A stretch of DNA of 64,000 nucleotides. Origin: Okamejei kenojei (Eukaryota). The stretch is from positions 19,778,001-19,842,000 of the forward strand of contig CM069157.1 of the NCBI GenBank assembly GCA_035221665.1, read 5' to 3'. Position numbers and translations under genes: made by a program. A model generated the notes under the pieces. That model was not told where the DNA came from and made no database searches. It saw only the letters and a list, made by a program, of their open reading frames with translations. This document shows, in pieces, positions 24,123 through 38,212 of the stretch (the first letter of the stretch is position 1; each line of letters starts with the position of its first letter).

Positions 24123-25379
24123 ATTTATAATAGTCATGCTTTGGTTCCAGTCCTGTTGATTGACAATCATTAACACTTAACATATCATTAAAAAGAGTAT
24201 TTGCGTTTTAATCCTTTATCGTGCAAGTTTGCAGACTCGGTCTGAATTTGCTGCAAAATTCTGCAACTTCTCAATATTCAATATATTTCAACAAATAAAG
24301 GATTGGAGAGTCACAGATTCTGAAGCCAGAGGAATTAATGTGGAATGAGGGGGAGGAGGAGGAGGTGAGAAATAGGTGTGAGTCCAGGTGGGCCACAGGG
24401 GAGGGGGGAGAAAAGGGGGGTAGGGGGCCTTCACAATTTGCGACTCTTCTGTTGTTCTACTCACACCTTCTGCTTTAATCTCTGGCCTTTGTTCCATCCA
24501 TCTGGATATTTAATGCCCCCTCACCTGTGTCCGCCTAACCTGTTACCTGCCATGCTTTGTCCGTTTCTCCTCTCTCCCAGCACCCCCCCTATAATACGTC
24601 TGAATCAGTCTGACCTGAAACATGACCTGTCCATGTCCTCCTGCGATGCAGCCTCAGCCCACTGTTACTACTGTGTCCTGTCGAATTAGTTCATATTCAT
24701 TGGGCCAGATTGTGCTGGCCCAGTCACTGTACCTCCCCAAAGACAGACACAAATACAGAAGCAATTTTGCGGGACAGGCAGCATCTACTGTATCTCCTCA
24801 ACTGTACCTACCTTGTCCAAATGTGAAGGGCCCTCAGTTCCTGGAATCCAGCAGTCTGGTCTCAATTGGGATAAAATGGCAAGGAGGATCTATCCCTGAA
24901 TGTACCTGGCAGCCTCCAACAGCTGGCAAAGCTGGGAGTGGGGCTTTGATGGCTATAAAAGATATAATTGATTTTAATAGTGTTTAAATGTCTCTAACAT
25001 TTAAAGACATGAACAAAATTGAAATTGATGGTGGTAATCATAAAAGATTAAAAATGATTACATTTGACAAGGTCCCAGTTTCCACATTTCATAGTGCACA
25101 GACAGAGGCGTTGGATTTACATAACTTCCAATGGTTGATCGCTAATAGTTTAGAATCCTTGGCATCCGCCCACAAAATATACAAAATCTGACCATTGGTT
25201 TCATAATTATTGCAATAGTTAGGATTTTGTTGCGAATAAAGAGGGTGAGAATAAAAGTTTAGAAATGAATTAGGTGAATGACAATAAATAAAAGGCTCTA
25301 TGCCCGAGTACAGGCCTGGCTTACTGCCGCAGTAACGAGAACCAGCCCGGAGAATTTGTCATCGAGCCCGGCTTCTGCG

Positions 25380-26015
25380 TATCCCTGGACCAGTGAGGAG
25401 GGAGTAAGAACGAGGGCCGGTAGGCGAATGTCCGGCGGGAGAGAGTGCAGGGCCTCGATGGGGGTGAGGGCCACTGGAGGCCCTGCAGCAGCCTGGAGCT
25501 CGACTCAGTGGCCCACCGAGGCACAGCTATATTCCAACTGCAGGCCCTGCTCTCTTGGAGAGGAAAGGCCACCGAGCCCGGCCGCTGCTCGCCCCGTGGA
25601 TCAGGAATCGGAGAGTGGGTCGAAAGAGACAGCGAGAGAGGCAGATGCTGGACAAAGGGCCTGTTGACAGAACCGAGGTGGGGGGGGGGGGGGGGTCGCA
25701 CCTTCCGCGACCACGAGGTCGAAATCCTCCCCTCCCCTTCCCTCAGGGATCAAGGGCTGAAGAGGGCCAGGCATGGAGAAGGACGCCGGTTCGCAAGATG
25801 ACCAAAATAGAGGTGACGGCTGCAACAGGTCTTTGTGGCCAGCTATAGCTGGGACTGTAAAATGGCGCCCAAATAGCACCTCTTGTATATGGACTCGGTG
25901 GGCTATTCTGTACTAACCTGAGGCGATTGTGTTTATGTACGGGGATAGTCCTGCTGATCTGTATGTAAAAAAATGTATTTCACTGTATCTGGTACACGTG
26001 ACAATAAAGAAACCA
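25380..26015 (+). mobile_element. GC-rich non-autonomous element with a Rex1-like 3' tail
   Basis: Abrupt GC-rich block ending in TTTCACTGTATCTGGTACACGTGACAATAAAG, similar to the tail at ~12370-12410. Boundaries are approximate. Confidence 0.5.
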
Positions 26016-29000
26016 CAGAAGCATCTGATGAATGACAGTAGTTATAGTTAACGCGGCTAAAGAAATGGTTCCCTTAAGATTCCTGTGTCTGCTTCGAGAA
26101 CACCCTGAGACTTAATTCCCAATCAGAGCTGTTAACTGCTTAGTCTAAGCAATAGATGGAGCATACGAATGAGCTGGCAGCATGTGATCCAGACGGCATT
26201 CCTATCCAGTGGCACAATATGGGAAGTACATATGACTAAGCATCGTGTGCGAACAGAAATGAGCTTGGCTGCGTTCAACCTCATGGATTTAGTCCAACCA
26301 TACTTACTTTTCAGGATCATAAATAACCAGTGGTACTCATGAGGGAAATTACTGAGGGAAAATGGAAACCAATAAAAGGCAAAACATTCGCTAGACAGGA
26401 AAAGGTTGGCAACAAAAACGTTAATAGTACCGGGCACCTAAAAAATCTACACCATAAGTATTTCTAATAATCTCAATAAATTGCAGCAAGGAGAAAGTAC
26501 CATTTAATGCAGAGAGGCAATACATAACACACAGTAAAATTGCCACGGTGATTATGAGTAAGTGCATGCATCATTTAAGATGGAATGAAAAATAGAAAAT
26601 TGTGGCTATTTGAGTAGACATCAGAAGTTTAACAATGGCAAACGACAATAGTATGAGCAAGAAATAGATGTGGTATAACTGAATTTGTGGAACAAAATAG
26701 ACACGTGATACATGGTCATTTCATGTCCTAAGATGAGTCATTAAGTGGGGAACAACGTAATCCTGGACTCCCATACCCGAAACCTGAACAAATAAAATGG
26801 TTCAGCAATAAGTCATGTAACACGCCGGCACAGATTTTAGAACGATTAAGTAATGTTTGTCACTTATAATGCTACAGTTGCTCACGGATTTCTCTGGGCT
26901 TTTGGTTGAGATCGTTCATACTACTAATTTCTACACAAGGTATTTGTCATCTACCTAGATACAACTGGAAACAAACAACAATGAGTCCCACAAACTAATC
27001 AGGTTGGTGAATGCCCATTGAAGGTCACAAGGATTATTTGATGCTAAATGCACAGAAAAATATTGGATGTGCTTTGTGCTTTGATTCCAAAATTCAGTTA
27101 CATTTCCTTAAATGGAACAGAATATATTAAATAATATTGCATGTGCTTTGTATTTTGATTCCAAAATTCAGTTATATTGCCATTAATAGAAACGAACTTC
27201 AGGAGCAATATGGAATACGACAACACTGTCTTGTGCATTTAGTGCATGTGATGCAGAGAAAAATTATACAATCCAGACTCTGAACCAGGAAATGTAAAGT
27301 AAAATATTTGACCCAACATAAAATCATGCACAGAAATAAGAATAACTAGGTGGAAAGGTAGCTGAAATACTGTGAAATAAAATAAAGTTCTTTAATGTGT
27401 ATGTTTATAAATCTCCCACAATAATTACATCATGGATTGAATCTTCTTGCTTATAAATCAACCTTACTGTACCACTGAGATTATTTGGCAGTAATTAACA
27501 AACCATTAAAAAAAATGCAACAGTACTAAATTGTTCTGACATATTTAGTGGGTAACTATTCAGTAAGTGCCACAACTTCATGCATGCCTGTACTTGGGGC
27601 CACACTTCTCACCGTGGTTTGAACATAGTGAAGGGCAACTTCCAGGTTTCTACTCGTGACTGACCACAAGCTGATTCTCCAAGCTGCTCTTTGATTTACC
27701 ACATAACTGTGATTGCAGATGGACTCACCAAAATCCCCACTGCAAAATCTGAGCCATTACCTACAGGCTTCAGTTTGTGAAACATATCAGACTCATTTTT
27801 ATTCACTTCCTTTTTTAACTAGCAACTGGAAAGAAAACTGTTTAAAAATATTGCTCCCCAGTATAATTAGCTTCCTCGCTAATAATATGAAAAATATGAG
27901 TACTTAATCTTGGATGGAATAGACCCTTCCAGTTCATTAAGTAAATCCAGTATTATGGATGCCCACCCCCTCTGGCAGCCCATTCAGCTGCTTGATCACC
28001 TCAGGCATCCAAGCCTCGTTCTTCAAAGTCCAGACACTGTTCACTCTTTGTAGTGTAACATGGATTGGACCGACATACACCGCGCTCTCACCCTGCTGCT
28101 AATGAGCATTTAAAAAAATATTTTGTTTTTATTTTATTATTCTAAAATAAAATATTTATTTTATCCACCCATTTCTGTGGCCTATAGCTCTACGTACAAT
28201 GCCCCAGTGAGATGCTTATTTCCAAAGGTAAAGCACACTCACTTACTCGCTTATCCTGTTGTCCCTCTTAGTTAATCCTACTTACTTTATCATTTTGACA
28301 GCTAATAAAGATTGGCATTATTTGATTTTTGAAATTCCTCCAAGATATTTTCCAATAATAGGCCTAATGGGGCTGTATTTTTTATTAACACAACCCCAGC
28401 AGATCTATTAATTGCCATAATTGTTCAACCTACAAACAACTCAAAATTTATGATTAAAAGAATCCTTCATCACCATGTTGTTTATCAATGTTGCTGGGAA
28501 AATGGTTTAAATGATTTTGGTTTGGACACGATGAGACAATGTACTGCTGCTCACAATGGCCCCACTCTAAGGGAGACCTCTCCAAAAATGGCCACCAACA
28601 GTTAGGTTTAAATCTCTTTCATCCCTCTCCTCCCCTACTGCCATTATCATTATGTGCTCATCGCTCTTTCTCTCAGTGCTAATACTAGGCTTTAATTCAG
28701 CCTTCAGAGCTGGAAAAGTAGAATCCAGAATGATTAAACCTCCCACTGTGCACCGAGAAAATGCCAATCAAAATCCCGCCATCCAGAACTGAGCGATTAT
28801 AGATGTGCTTATTGAGAGGCGAGGCAGACAGTCAGAAAAGTGGGAGGCTGGGGCCAGGCTGAAATATTACACGATTGATCATCTCATTGTTTTTTGTCCC
28901 ACAGCAGCACCTGTGGAAATAGCTTGCAGCAAAAAGTACGAACTAACCAAGGTACGTCACATTCATGCAGTTTACAGTGACTGTAACAACAAAAATTCCC

Positions 29001-30449
29001 ATTAGGTGCAGCATAAAGTCATGGGATGTATTAGTGAAGACATGCTGCACATAAAGAGAATATATTTTGGAACATATTTAGAAAAAAGAACAAAGCTACT
29101 TTCCTGAAATGACAGCTAATGTACACCTGATAACATTATATCAAAATTATTGAAAATTTGTTTGAGAATTTATCAACTAAATTTATTTAATCCCTCCTGA
29201 ATAAACAATGAAATATCTTTTGTGCAAACATTTTGCTCCTATTCACAAAAAAACATAAATGAAAATAATATAGCAAAATACAAAATATTCCCAAGTGGTA
29301 TCTCTGAGGCTTCATCCTCTGACTAACATTTTAAAGAGCCATGGAAATAACTGAAGTGTTGTGCAACGCCATCAATGGGTTTTCCTTCACATAAGTTCTG
29401 CAGATCTAGCCAACGACAACATAAGAAATTAGTCCCATATTTGTGGGGTTGCTCTATGTAATGTGCAGTTTCCATAAATATAAAACTTTGAAAAACATTC
29501 TTTATCAATAGGTTGTTCATTCAGTGGATTAGAGACATTGATCTTAATATTAACCATAAAAAGACATGTTGATATCGTAATAATAATTACCATGGGATAA
29601 ACATTTTGAACAACGTCAGTGTTCATTTTGGAAGTGGAGGGGAAGCAAAATTTGTGATGCACAACGAACATTTGTGTTACAACCTTATTTTGAAACTTCT
29701 ATTTAACAATTTGTTAATGTTGCTTCAAAGGAATCCTTGCTTAGCTGCCCTTTCTTTCAAGCTGTTTCTTTGGTGACTGTTGTAGTCTCAATCAAAATAA
29801 ATATCAAACGAGGATTTGGTTTGGAAACACTTCCTAAATTGGAAATGGAAAACATCGTTTTTGTTACTAACTTGACTCAGCTAAAATTTGAATAAAGCAT
29901 ATACAATCTTTGTAAAATGTTCCATCGATTTGGAATCAAAGTGGTGATCTGAACCTTAGATGAAAGAGAAAAGTACAACAAGAAAATCTGCAGAGGGAAT
30001 TGAAGAGAAAGTTAGTTCTGGTTATTGAGAAATCATACACATGTTAATGTTCAATGAACCTGCATCGCCACTATACCAGTCCAGAATAATTATTCTCAGT
30101 GGGCGGAAAACAGATGTCCGGCTGCGGATTGACTGAAATCTTGCCTGCTTCTAATCTAACACTTTAGTCCTACAGTCGCTTTACAAAAAAAATGCAAAGG
30201 TTTTTGAAAGAATTTTCATTTAAATTAGACCCATCAAAGGAGTCCGCAAGTTGATAAAACAAATGAAGATGACCTTCTTCAGGGACCATTTCAAAGAGCA
30301 GATTTGTAACATCACACCTCAAAATGAAAATTCCATAGGGTTAGCGATCACATTTTAACAAACTTTAGCAATCGTTTGTGTTCTTTGAAAGTACTCCAAT
30401 TTATATTTTGTTCACCTGCCCCATCCCAGTAGGTCTAAGGTAGAGGCAA

Positions 30450-30916
30450 AAAGCTGGAGGTCAGACAACATCTCTGGAGAAAGGGAATAGGTGATGTTTC
30501 AGGTCGAGACCATTCTTCAGACTGTATGCTGAGGTGGTCCATTTGGAAATAATGGTGTTTATACATAGTTCCCTTGGTCACAGATTCTGGATTGCAAGGT
30601 GCTAGGTGCATCCCTTAAGTTAAAATATTCAAATAATAACATTGATTTCCCCCTAGAAAGAAAACTCATTTGTCTTCTTTTCCCAAAATCTCTAAGAACA
30701 AAGAAAAGTTTTATTTATTTGACATTTTTTACTTTGTAAATTAATCACCAGCTACAAATTAAATCAAAAATGTGCCTGTCGTTTTAGGTTTACATATCCT
30801 CATGAGCCATCTCATTTTATCCCTGGCAGACAATAATTCTGGAGAAACTCAGCGGGTGAGGCAGCATCTATGGAGCGAAGGAAATAGGCAACGCTTCGGG
30901 TCGAGACCCTTCTTCA
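30450..30916 (-). mobile_element. Two Penelope pLTR fragments (30450-30524, 30828-30916)
   Basis: Both match the reverse complement of the pLTR at 57120-57220, including the TGAAGAA-GGTCTCGACC core. Confidence 0.75.
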
Positions 30917-32084
30917 TTTTATCCCTGCTTCTTGCAGGAAAGGGTTAAAAAAAGGCACCACCTCTGCACAAAATCAGCACTTTGTCCCCCCGATTCAGAG
31001 CAACTTCAAAAGGGAAATAGTCAGCAGAGCAAACATACTTTAAGAACAGCATTTCTTACAGCGGTGCCAGTGGAAATGGTAGGTCTGGCCCTGAAATGAA
31101 ACTTTGGATGTTGGGCTGTTTGCCCTCGCTTCAGCTAAATTTCCTCAGAGTTCAGAGCATACGTGGCTGGAAGCCTTCGGTTGAAAGAAAGAGGGGATTG
31201 GGGGGGGGGGGGGGGGATTACACCTTTCTCTCCGGGCTATAACAAGCATTAAGATCCATCTCTCAGGGATGGATTGGGCTGCAAACTGATGCATGGCATA
31301 CGTGGTAAGCGAAGAGAGACTAGGGGCCAGAGTTATGATTAATTTAAATTGAGAGGAATCAAATGCTCGCGTAAAAAAAAAATATTCCTTTACTTGAGTA
31401 AGAGAACCGAGGGCTTTAAACGCACTGTAAGAATTCATTGTGACAATGGTGATAATGCGGAGATTGTTCGTGGAGGAATCCCTTTGTTGCTGTTTTCACT
31501 CTTGAGTGGGTGCAGAATGCGTGCCTTTGCACTATGCAAATGTGTCCCTCCCGCCTTTGTTTACACACTTGCACGAATGACGTGCATTCTTAGGGCATGA
31601 AATAAAAACAAGAATATATGTTGTTAGTCATGCTAAAGTGATTACCCTTATGTGAAGAATTGTGATTAAATGCTAATTAGTAATAACAAATGATAATTTG
31701 ATACTCAGTGGAGCCACTGTACTCTGCATTTTCTTGGGCTGATTGTTCTCCATCACTTCTCGAACTCATGCGAGAGGGGGCTGGTGTCCCTGAGAACATT
31801 TCAGAGCAACGGGCGGGTGCGAGATACGACATTGGCGAAGGCAGCGCAGGACAATTGGATGGCCCACCTCGCGTCAGGGGCAGGGCAGGGCTGATGCACT
31901 CTGCACCGATTCCCACCCACCTCTCTCTGCCGCCGAAGCGAGTGGCCTCAAATGGCCCTTGTAAAGGCAGGATGATGAATGGTTGTCAATACAGGAGGCA
32001 GTGCTTCCGTGGACAGGTCCGGTGGCATCGCAGCCGTAACTTTGAGAGGAGAATGTGAAAAGGCTGGAATCCTGAGCGAAGCGC

Positions 32085-32770
32085 AATACGCTGGAGGAAT
32101 TGGGCATCTGTGGGGGGAATGGACACAACGTTTCTAGTCGGGACCCTTCCTCGGACTGACTGGCGTTGGGGGGAGAGAATGCTGAAAAAGAGGGGTGGGG
32201 GGCAGGATAAAACCTGGGAATTGGTAGGGAGGAATTGCAGATTCCGGTTTAAACCTTCGATAGACACAACAAACTGGAGTAACTCAGCGGGACGGGCAGC
32301 GTATTTGGAGAGAAGGGATGGGTGACGTTTAGGGTCGAGACCCTTCTTCGGACTCGTTCAGACTGAAGAGGGGTCTCGACCCGAAACGCCACCCATTCCT
32401 TCTCTCCAGAGATGTCGTCCGTCCCGCTGAGTTACTCCAGCATTTTGTGTCTATCTGGGAATTGGTGGGTAAGGTGGGTCTGATGAGCAGATGGGACTTC
32501 AGTGACAAAGGGCAGAGGTGAAAAGGAGACAAAAGGCCGTCAGACGAGGAGAGAAGCAGAGCGAATTGCAAGGCTAGAGGGAGCACTGTGGGAGGAAGGG
32601 GGGGGGGGAGAGGGGAAACGGGATAAAGGGGAAACGTGGGACTTGTGGGTGGGAGATGGGCGTGGGGGAATGAACAGTGTGACTGGGAATGCGTGTGCAC
32701 TGGGGTTGGGAAAGAGAGGGGCAATGTATTACTTTGAATTTGGAGAATTCAATGTTCAAATTACAGCTTA
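32085..32770 (-). mobile_element. Old Penelope 3' end containing a nested younger pLTR mini-element (32226-32454) with an inverted segment
   Basis: The nested copy has a 12-bp TSD CTGGGAATTGGT (32214-32225 / 32455-32466) and inverted arms at ~32260-32354 / 32360-32454. The host minus strand ends NIEFSKFK. Confidence 0.8.
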
Positions 32771-34312
32771 ATGTTCCACTTTTTTTTTCTCTCCTTTAGA
32801 GAGTCGAGAACAGGAAAACAAAAGTGTAATTTCTAACTGGGCATGGTAGAGGCACAAGTGGAGACGGAGCCGCCACAACGCCCTGAAAGTTACAAACATC
32901 GCAAAGTGACACCATAACATAACATTTGCTTGAAAGCGCATTACTGAGGAATGAACCATACAGTGCACGATATGTTTATTGCTGGGGAGAGATAAATGTA
33001 GATCTGTCCTGTGCATCTTTCATAAAAATGTCCACAAAGGCCCACTGACAGCAACTGTTCAAATAGAAATCTGGTATTGTAAAAATGTTACTGAACTTAC
33101 ACTGACCAAAATATTTTCCTCACATAACTTCGTGTGTTCTTGCCTTACGCATGGGTGCCTGAATAATAATTCCGAATAAATCGTTTAAGGATAGTTGCAC
33201 CGTGATTTCCACAATGAAATAAGATATTTTGATAAAGTGAGATGAGCCATTTAACGGGAAAAGAATAAAGTTATTTTAAAAAAATAAGTTGGACTTAAAA
33301 AAAAGATCAAAAATGATCCTCTTTATAAAGTTTGAACAAAATGATTGCATTCCATAACATAACTCAATGCAAAGACTAGACTTTGATTCTGGCTTTTATT
33401 TTCAAGTTACACTGAGGTTAGGCTCCCTTCAATGTGAGCTCTGTGATTCCTTCATCTCCCTCTCCATGGAAACCATCAACATCCTGGCAAAAACGCACCT
33501 CACCCAGACAAGGGCATATTCTTCCCCATCCAGCATCTGGACACTTTTAACAAACTTGCTGCTTGTCCTTCGACCACAACAGGCCTTGCACTTCCGCCTG
33601 ATTCAATTGAAAGTAAAATATGAGCTTTTGATGTTTTGCAATTAGGGAATCTCGCAAGAAACGCAGTTTCTGCAGAGGTGTAAAACGGCAGCAAAAACAA
33701 ACTTCGGAACTGATAAGATACCCATCGAGGACCTTAACTCAATATCAACGAATGATCGTGTGGTAGGAAATACAGAAATCAATACACAGAGCATTGAAAC
33801 GATCAACCTAGAAAAATAAAACATTTCCTCTTGGACATTAGAAATTGTTGGATTGGTGCTAGTGAATCATTTCATTCTTTGTGCAGAAACATTCGAAGTT
33901 ACATTGGCTAGTGGGGCAATTTTTGGGGAGTGAGGGAATTAATTAAATTAATCCAACTTGAACACCCTTGCCCAAGGTTACATCTGAATATATAATTGCC
34001 AGCCCTGAGCCCGGTCAGCCTGGTTGAATATATATATATAAATGAAAAAAAGGTTTCCCTGTTGTTTTCTGGTCAGTTCTGTCAGTCCCACAACCAGAAA
34101 ACCACTTCTGTGAAATTAAGTTGATCTCAAAACAAATTGCAGTATCATTAGATACCTGTAACAGGACTCTCTTCTTGCTCTGTGAGAATGTGAACAATAA
34201 TATTGGCAGTGGGGGAGTCCTGTGGTGAGTGGCTCCTGGACACAATTGAGTTGCAGCCTCAGTTAAACAAGGGGCAGAGCAACATAGCACATGGTGATGG
34301 CTGTGGCTGGAG

Positions 34313-34709
34313 ATGATCGGGGAACCTCATTGAAACTTACAGAATAAAGAAATAATAAAGTGGATGTGGAAAGGATGCTTCCACTGGAGGGAGAGTCTAG
34401 GACCAGAGGTCATAGCCTCAGAATTAAAGGGCGCTCTTTTAGAAAGGAGGTGAGGAGGAATCTGTTTAGTCAGAGGGTACTTAATCTGTGGAACTCATTG
34501 CCGCAGAGGGCTGTGGAGGCCAAGTCAGTGGATATTTTTAAGGCAGAGATAGATACATTTTTGATTAGAATGGGTGTCAAAAGTTATGGGGAGAAGGCAG
34601 GAAAACTGGATTAGGATGCAGAGATCAGCCATGATTGAATGACGGAGTAGGCTCAATGGGCCGAATGGTCTAATTCTACTACTATAACTTGTGAACTTGT
34701 GAACTTGTG
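34313..34709 (+). mobile_element. CR1 LINE 3' fragment
   Basis: SRTRGHSLRIKG, FSQRVLNLWNSLP and an (AACTTGTG)n tail. Confidence 0.88.
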
Positions 34710-35472
34710 AAGGTGGCAGTACTAATGCTATCATGCCATCATCCTTTCAAACCCAACAGCCATCCAGAAGCAGATTTCCAAATATAATTTACAGACTTTC
34801 TAAAATATCAGGTTTTGGGGAACAAGGATGAAATTAGACATGATTCAACAATTTTTTTTAAAGCATTTTATTTATTCTATAATTTTCAAGCTCCAAATGG
34901 TCAGAAATTTGTAGTGTTGATTAAATTGATTGACACCATGAGGAGAATTAGATACTTGGAGTAATTATTATTACATTTAGTGTTATTTTGTTATCAAAGG
35001 AAAAGCTCTTTGCCTTGGTCTGTCCACCTCATCGGCAATAGTTCAGAACATTCTCCTAAATCTTGCATCAACTGTATTGAATACCAGTTGATTTTGCAGA
35101 GATTCCGTGCAGCATGACATAACAGTCCTTTGTGACAATTAGGGTGAGGCACTTTGAAGATAGATTGTGACGGAAAGGAACAAACATACTTTCCCTTCAC
35201 GTGCCTGAGGAATTCACCAAAAAGTGCCAGCTTTTCAGACCCCATTGTTGTTTTTCCAAAGTCTTTGATTCGTTGGGAGATTACCTCCAGTAAGAAGTGA
35301 AGCTTCACCCCACTGTTACAGCTCACAATTACAATGGTCATTTCACCAAGATACCAGAAGGAAACCAAGACAGAGCCATCTGTACCTCAATAGGAACTCA
35401 ACATAATTCAGAAATTGCAAGAAAATAAATCCTTTTCTGTACCTCATGAACAAGAGTTTGATGCGGTGATAG

Positions 35473-35665
35473 TCATAGTCAAAGTCAAAATAGTTTATTG
35501 TCATGTGTCCCTGACAGGGCAATGAAATTCTTTCTTTGCTTAGCACAATAGGCATTGACTACAAAACAGATCAGTGTGTCCATATACCATTATATACGTA
35601 AATACACACATGAATACATAAATTGATAAAGTGCAAATAACAGATAAAGAGGGTATTAATGTTCA
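35473..35665 (-). mobile_element. Rex1-type 3' UTR fragment (same family as 3664-3870)
   Basis: AGTTTATTGTCATGTGTCCC...CAATGAAATTCTT...CAGATCAGTGTGTC is shared. Possible TSD GTGATAG. Confidence 0.7.
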
Positions 35666-35681
35666 GTGATAGAAGTGCCAT

Positions 35682-35812
35682 TCATAAGGTCATTAGTGAT
35701 AGGAGCAGAATTAGGACATTCGGCCCATCAAGTCTACTCCGCCATTCAATCATAGCTGGTCTTTATTTCCCTCCTAACCCCATTACCCTGCCTACTCCCC
35801 ATAACCCCTGAC
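35682..35812 (-). mobile_element. CR1 LINE 3' tail fragment
   Basis: GGAGCAGAATTAGG...GCCATTCAATCAT...CCCCATAACCC. Confidence 0.75.
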
Positions 35813-38092
35813 ATAATTCCTAGTCAGAGTTTGTAACTTTAACAATATGAAGCTGACCAGCAGTAAGCAAGCTGGAGCTTTGCATTAATCAATATCAAAC
35901 AGCATTGTCAGCAGCTATGTATTTTTTATGATTCGTATATTTCTGCATTAAAATCACCTGAGGCTTATTTTTATTATCTTGTTTGTGCAAATTGGAAGTG
36001 AGTCATCTTAATTCAGTGCAGTTCGTTCTACCGCACTTTTAAGGGCTTGTTTCCCCCTCCACGTCCACCTCTCTTCCTGATGTATTACTGCCATCCACGG
36101 ATATATCACAGGATGGATGTATATTTCCACTGATAACATAGCTGTTCGTCACTCTGGCAGCAGCTATGCTCAAATATAGTAATCATCTCATATTCTATAT
36201 AGCTTTGGAGAGACTGATAACCTCACTTTAGGAATAGCCCTAGTGCAAGAATAAAATCAAGCAGTTTTTGAAATGGCAGGAGGGTCTGGCTAAATGGCTC
36301 ATAACAGAACTGTAAAAGTCTCAAATAATCATCCCGTCTATGAAGATATATGTCGGTGCCCCGTACAAGATATAAACCATTTTACAATTATATTATTTCA
36401 AATTATATTAGCATTCTCCTAAAAGACTAATCCAAGATCCTGAAGTATAAATCCATTTTACGTTATTGTGGGATTTACTGATGGTCACAATCAAGAAGCT
36501 GTTTTTACTGCAGCAGTGTGCAACCAAATGCCTCAGAAGGAGCAAAAGAGATCTATATTTACTGGTTCTCACTTCCACTCTCAAGAGTGAGGTCCGTTAC
36601 TCCTTGAAGGCTTTGTAAATGAAATTGAGGTCACGAATCAGACTTGTTTTAAATTCTAAACTCCTCTGTTTAAAAATTAAAATGCCCCAATTTCACCCTA
36701 TCTATATAACACTCAAGTCATATCATGGTATGTGTTTAATATTAATAATTTATGTGTTGCTTAGATATTGATTACAGCCCCTGATCTCTGAACTGTTTGT
36801 GCGTTACACGCCACTAATGCATTAACTCCTTTTGTTAAAGTATTGAAAAGCAACACTGCTGAAAAGAACATGCAAGAGGTTGTTCGCGTTATATGTGTAA
36901 CAAATACCGAGGATTTAATGCAACGGAATTTAATGGGGGCGAATCAGATATCACATGTCTTAATTGGGGAACTTGAATGGCGTTGTTGGTTGGCCTTGGG
37001 TCCCACGATTAAGGCTCTTTTGGCTTGCTTTACATACACTGGCCTTTTCCGTTCAGTGATGAAATTCCGTCTGATCCACAACGGGGACGTGGCTTTTCTC
37101 CCTCCACCTTACCCCCCCCACCTCCACCCACCATAATTAACGGTTTACTAATAAAATCATGGGAAATGTAACATTTATGATTCCCAATAAGTTGTTTTTG
37201 TTAGCAGGCTGTTAATTACTAATTAAAACGGGCAGGCCTCTGCTTTTCATTAAAAGAAGAATTTCACATCTAATATTTCAACGCCACCTTACATAATCCT
37301 CCACCCACGAGCTTGATGGCAGAACATGGTCATGAGTTAAAGCGAGGGTCGGCAAAATACAAACTGACCCTTCCTTGAATATAAAGTGTGTGACACCAAG
37401 GTTAGTGAGGGATATCATGAAGATAATGTGACTGGTGTGTCTATTTATACCCTGCGTTCTCACAACAAACGCTTTCAAAGTGCTGTACGCAATGAATTGC
37501 TTTTTTTTTGAAGTACCGGATACTGTGAACACTGTTCTAGAGTAGTTTTAACCTTACGAGCTGCCGATGGTAATTTGCATCCTGGGATAGACAACTGCCA
37601 AGTTAACAAATAGGAGTGACACGTTGCCACTCCCTCAGCACTTGGACGTAATTGGCCGTGAGGCGATTTGGGGCGTCCTAGGAATCATGTAAGTCGCCAT
37701 ATCAATACAAATCTTTTTTTTTTACCACTGCGCGGCCACACGACTCACTTAAGGCAGCGCTCCTGCTGAATGGTGCGTGGCTGTTGCTGAGCTAGTGCTC
37801 CCTCATGCGAGGCTTGGGGCATGATTCCGTGCTGTTAAGTTTAGGACGAACGATAGATAGATGGTTCAGTATCTCACATTCCAACGAGAACAGTCGTACT
37901 TTCTCGCCATTTTCCCAGATAGTCTCTATAACTTTCAAAAGACATTCCACATCCCCTGAATTGCAATTGTTTTTAAGTCGGCGACAGGGTACCGGTGAGT
38001 GGCACTGCATTTCACACAGGATTAATGTTGTGGTGAACCCGGACCATTCACCTGGGCAGAAATGACACTCGCCCCAACCATTCGGGAGATGA

Positions 38093-38212
38093 GACAGACA
38101 CAAAATGTTGGAGTAACTCAGCGGGTCAGGCGGCATCTCTGGAGAGAAGGAATAGACGACGACTCGGGTCGAGACCCTTCTTCAGACTGAGGACCAGGGG
38201 AAAGAGAGACGA
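38093..38212 (-). mobile_element. Penelope pLTR fragment
   Basis: GGAGTAACTCAGCGGG...GGGTCGAGACCCTTCTTCAGACTGA. Confidence 0.8.

Noticed and set aside
27055-27195. Two-unit tandem duplications (also 16367-16436 and 12181-12272)
   Set aside because: Simple diverged local duplications with no spacers. Not CRISPR-like or array-like.
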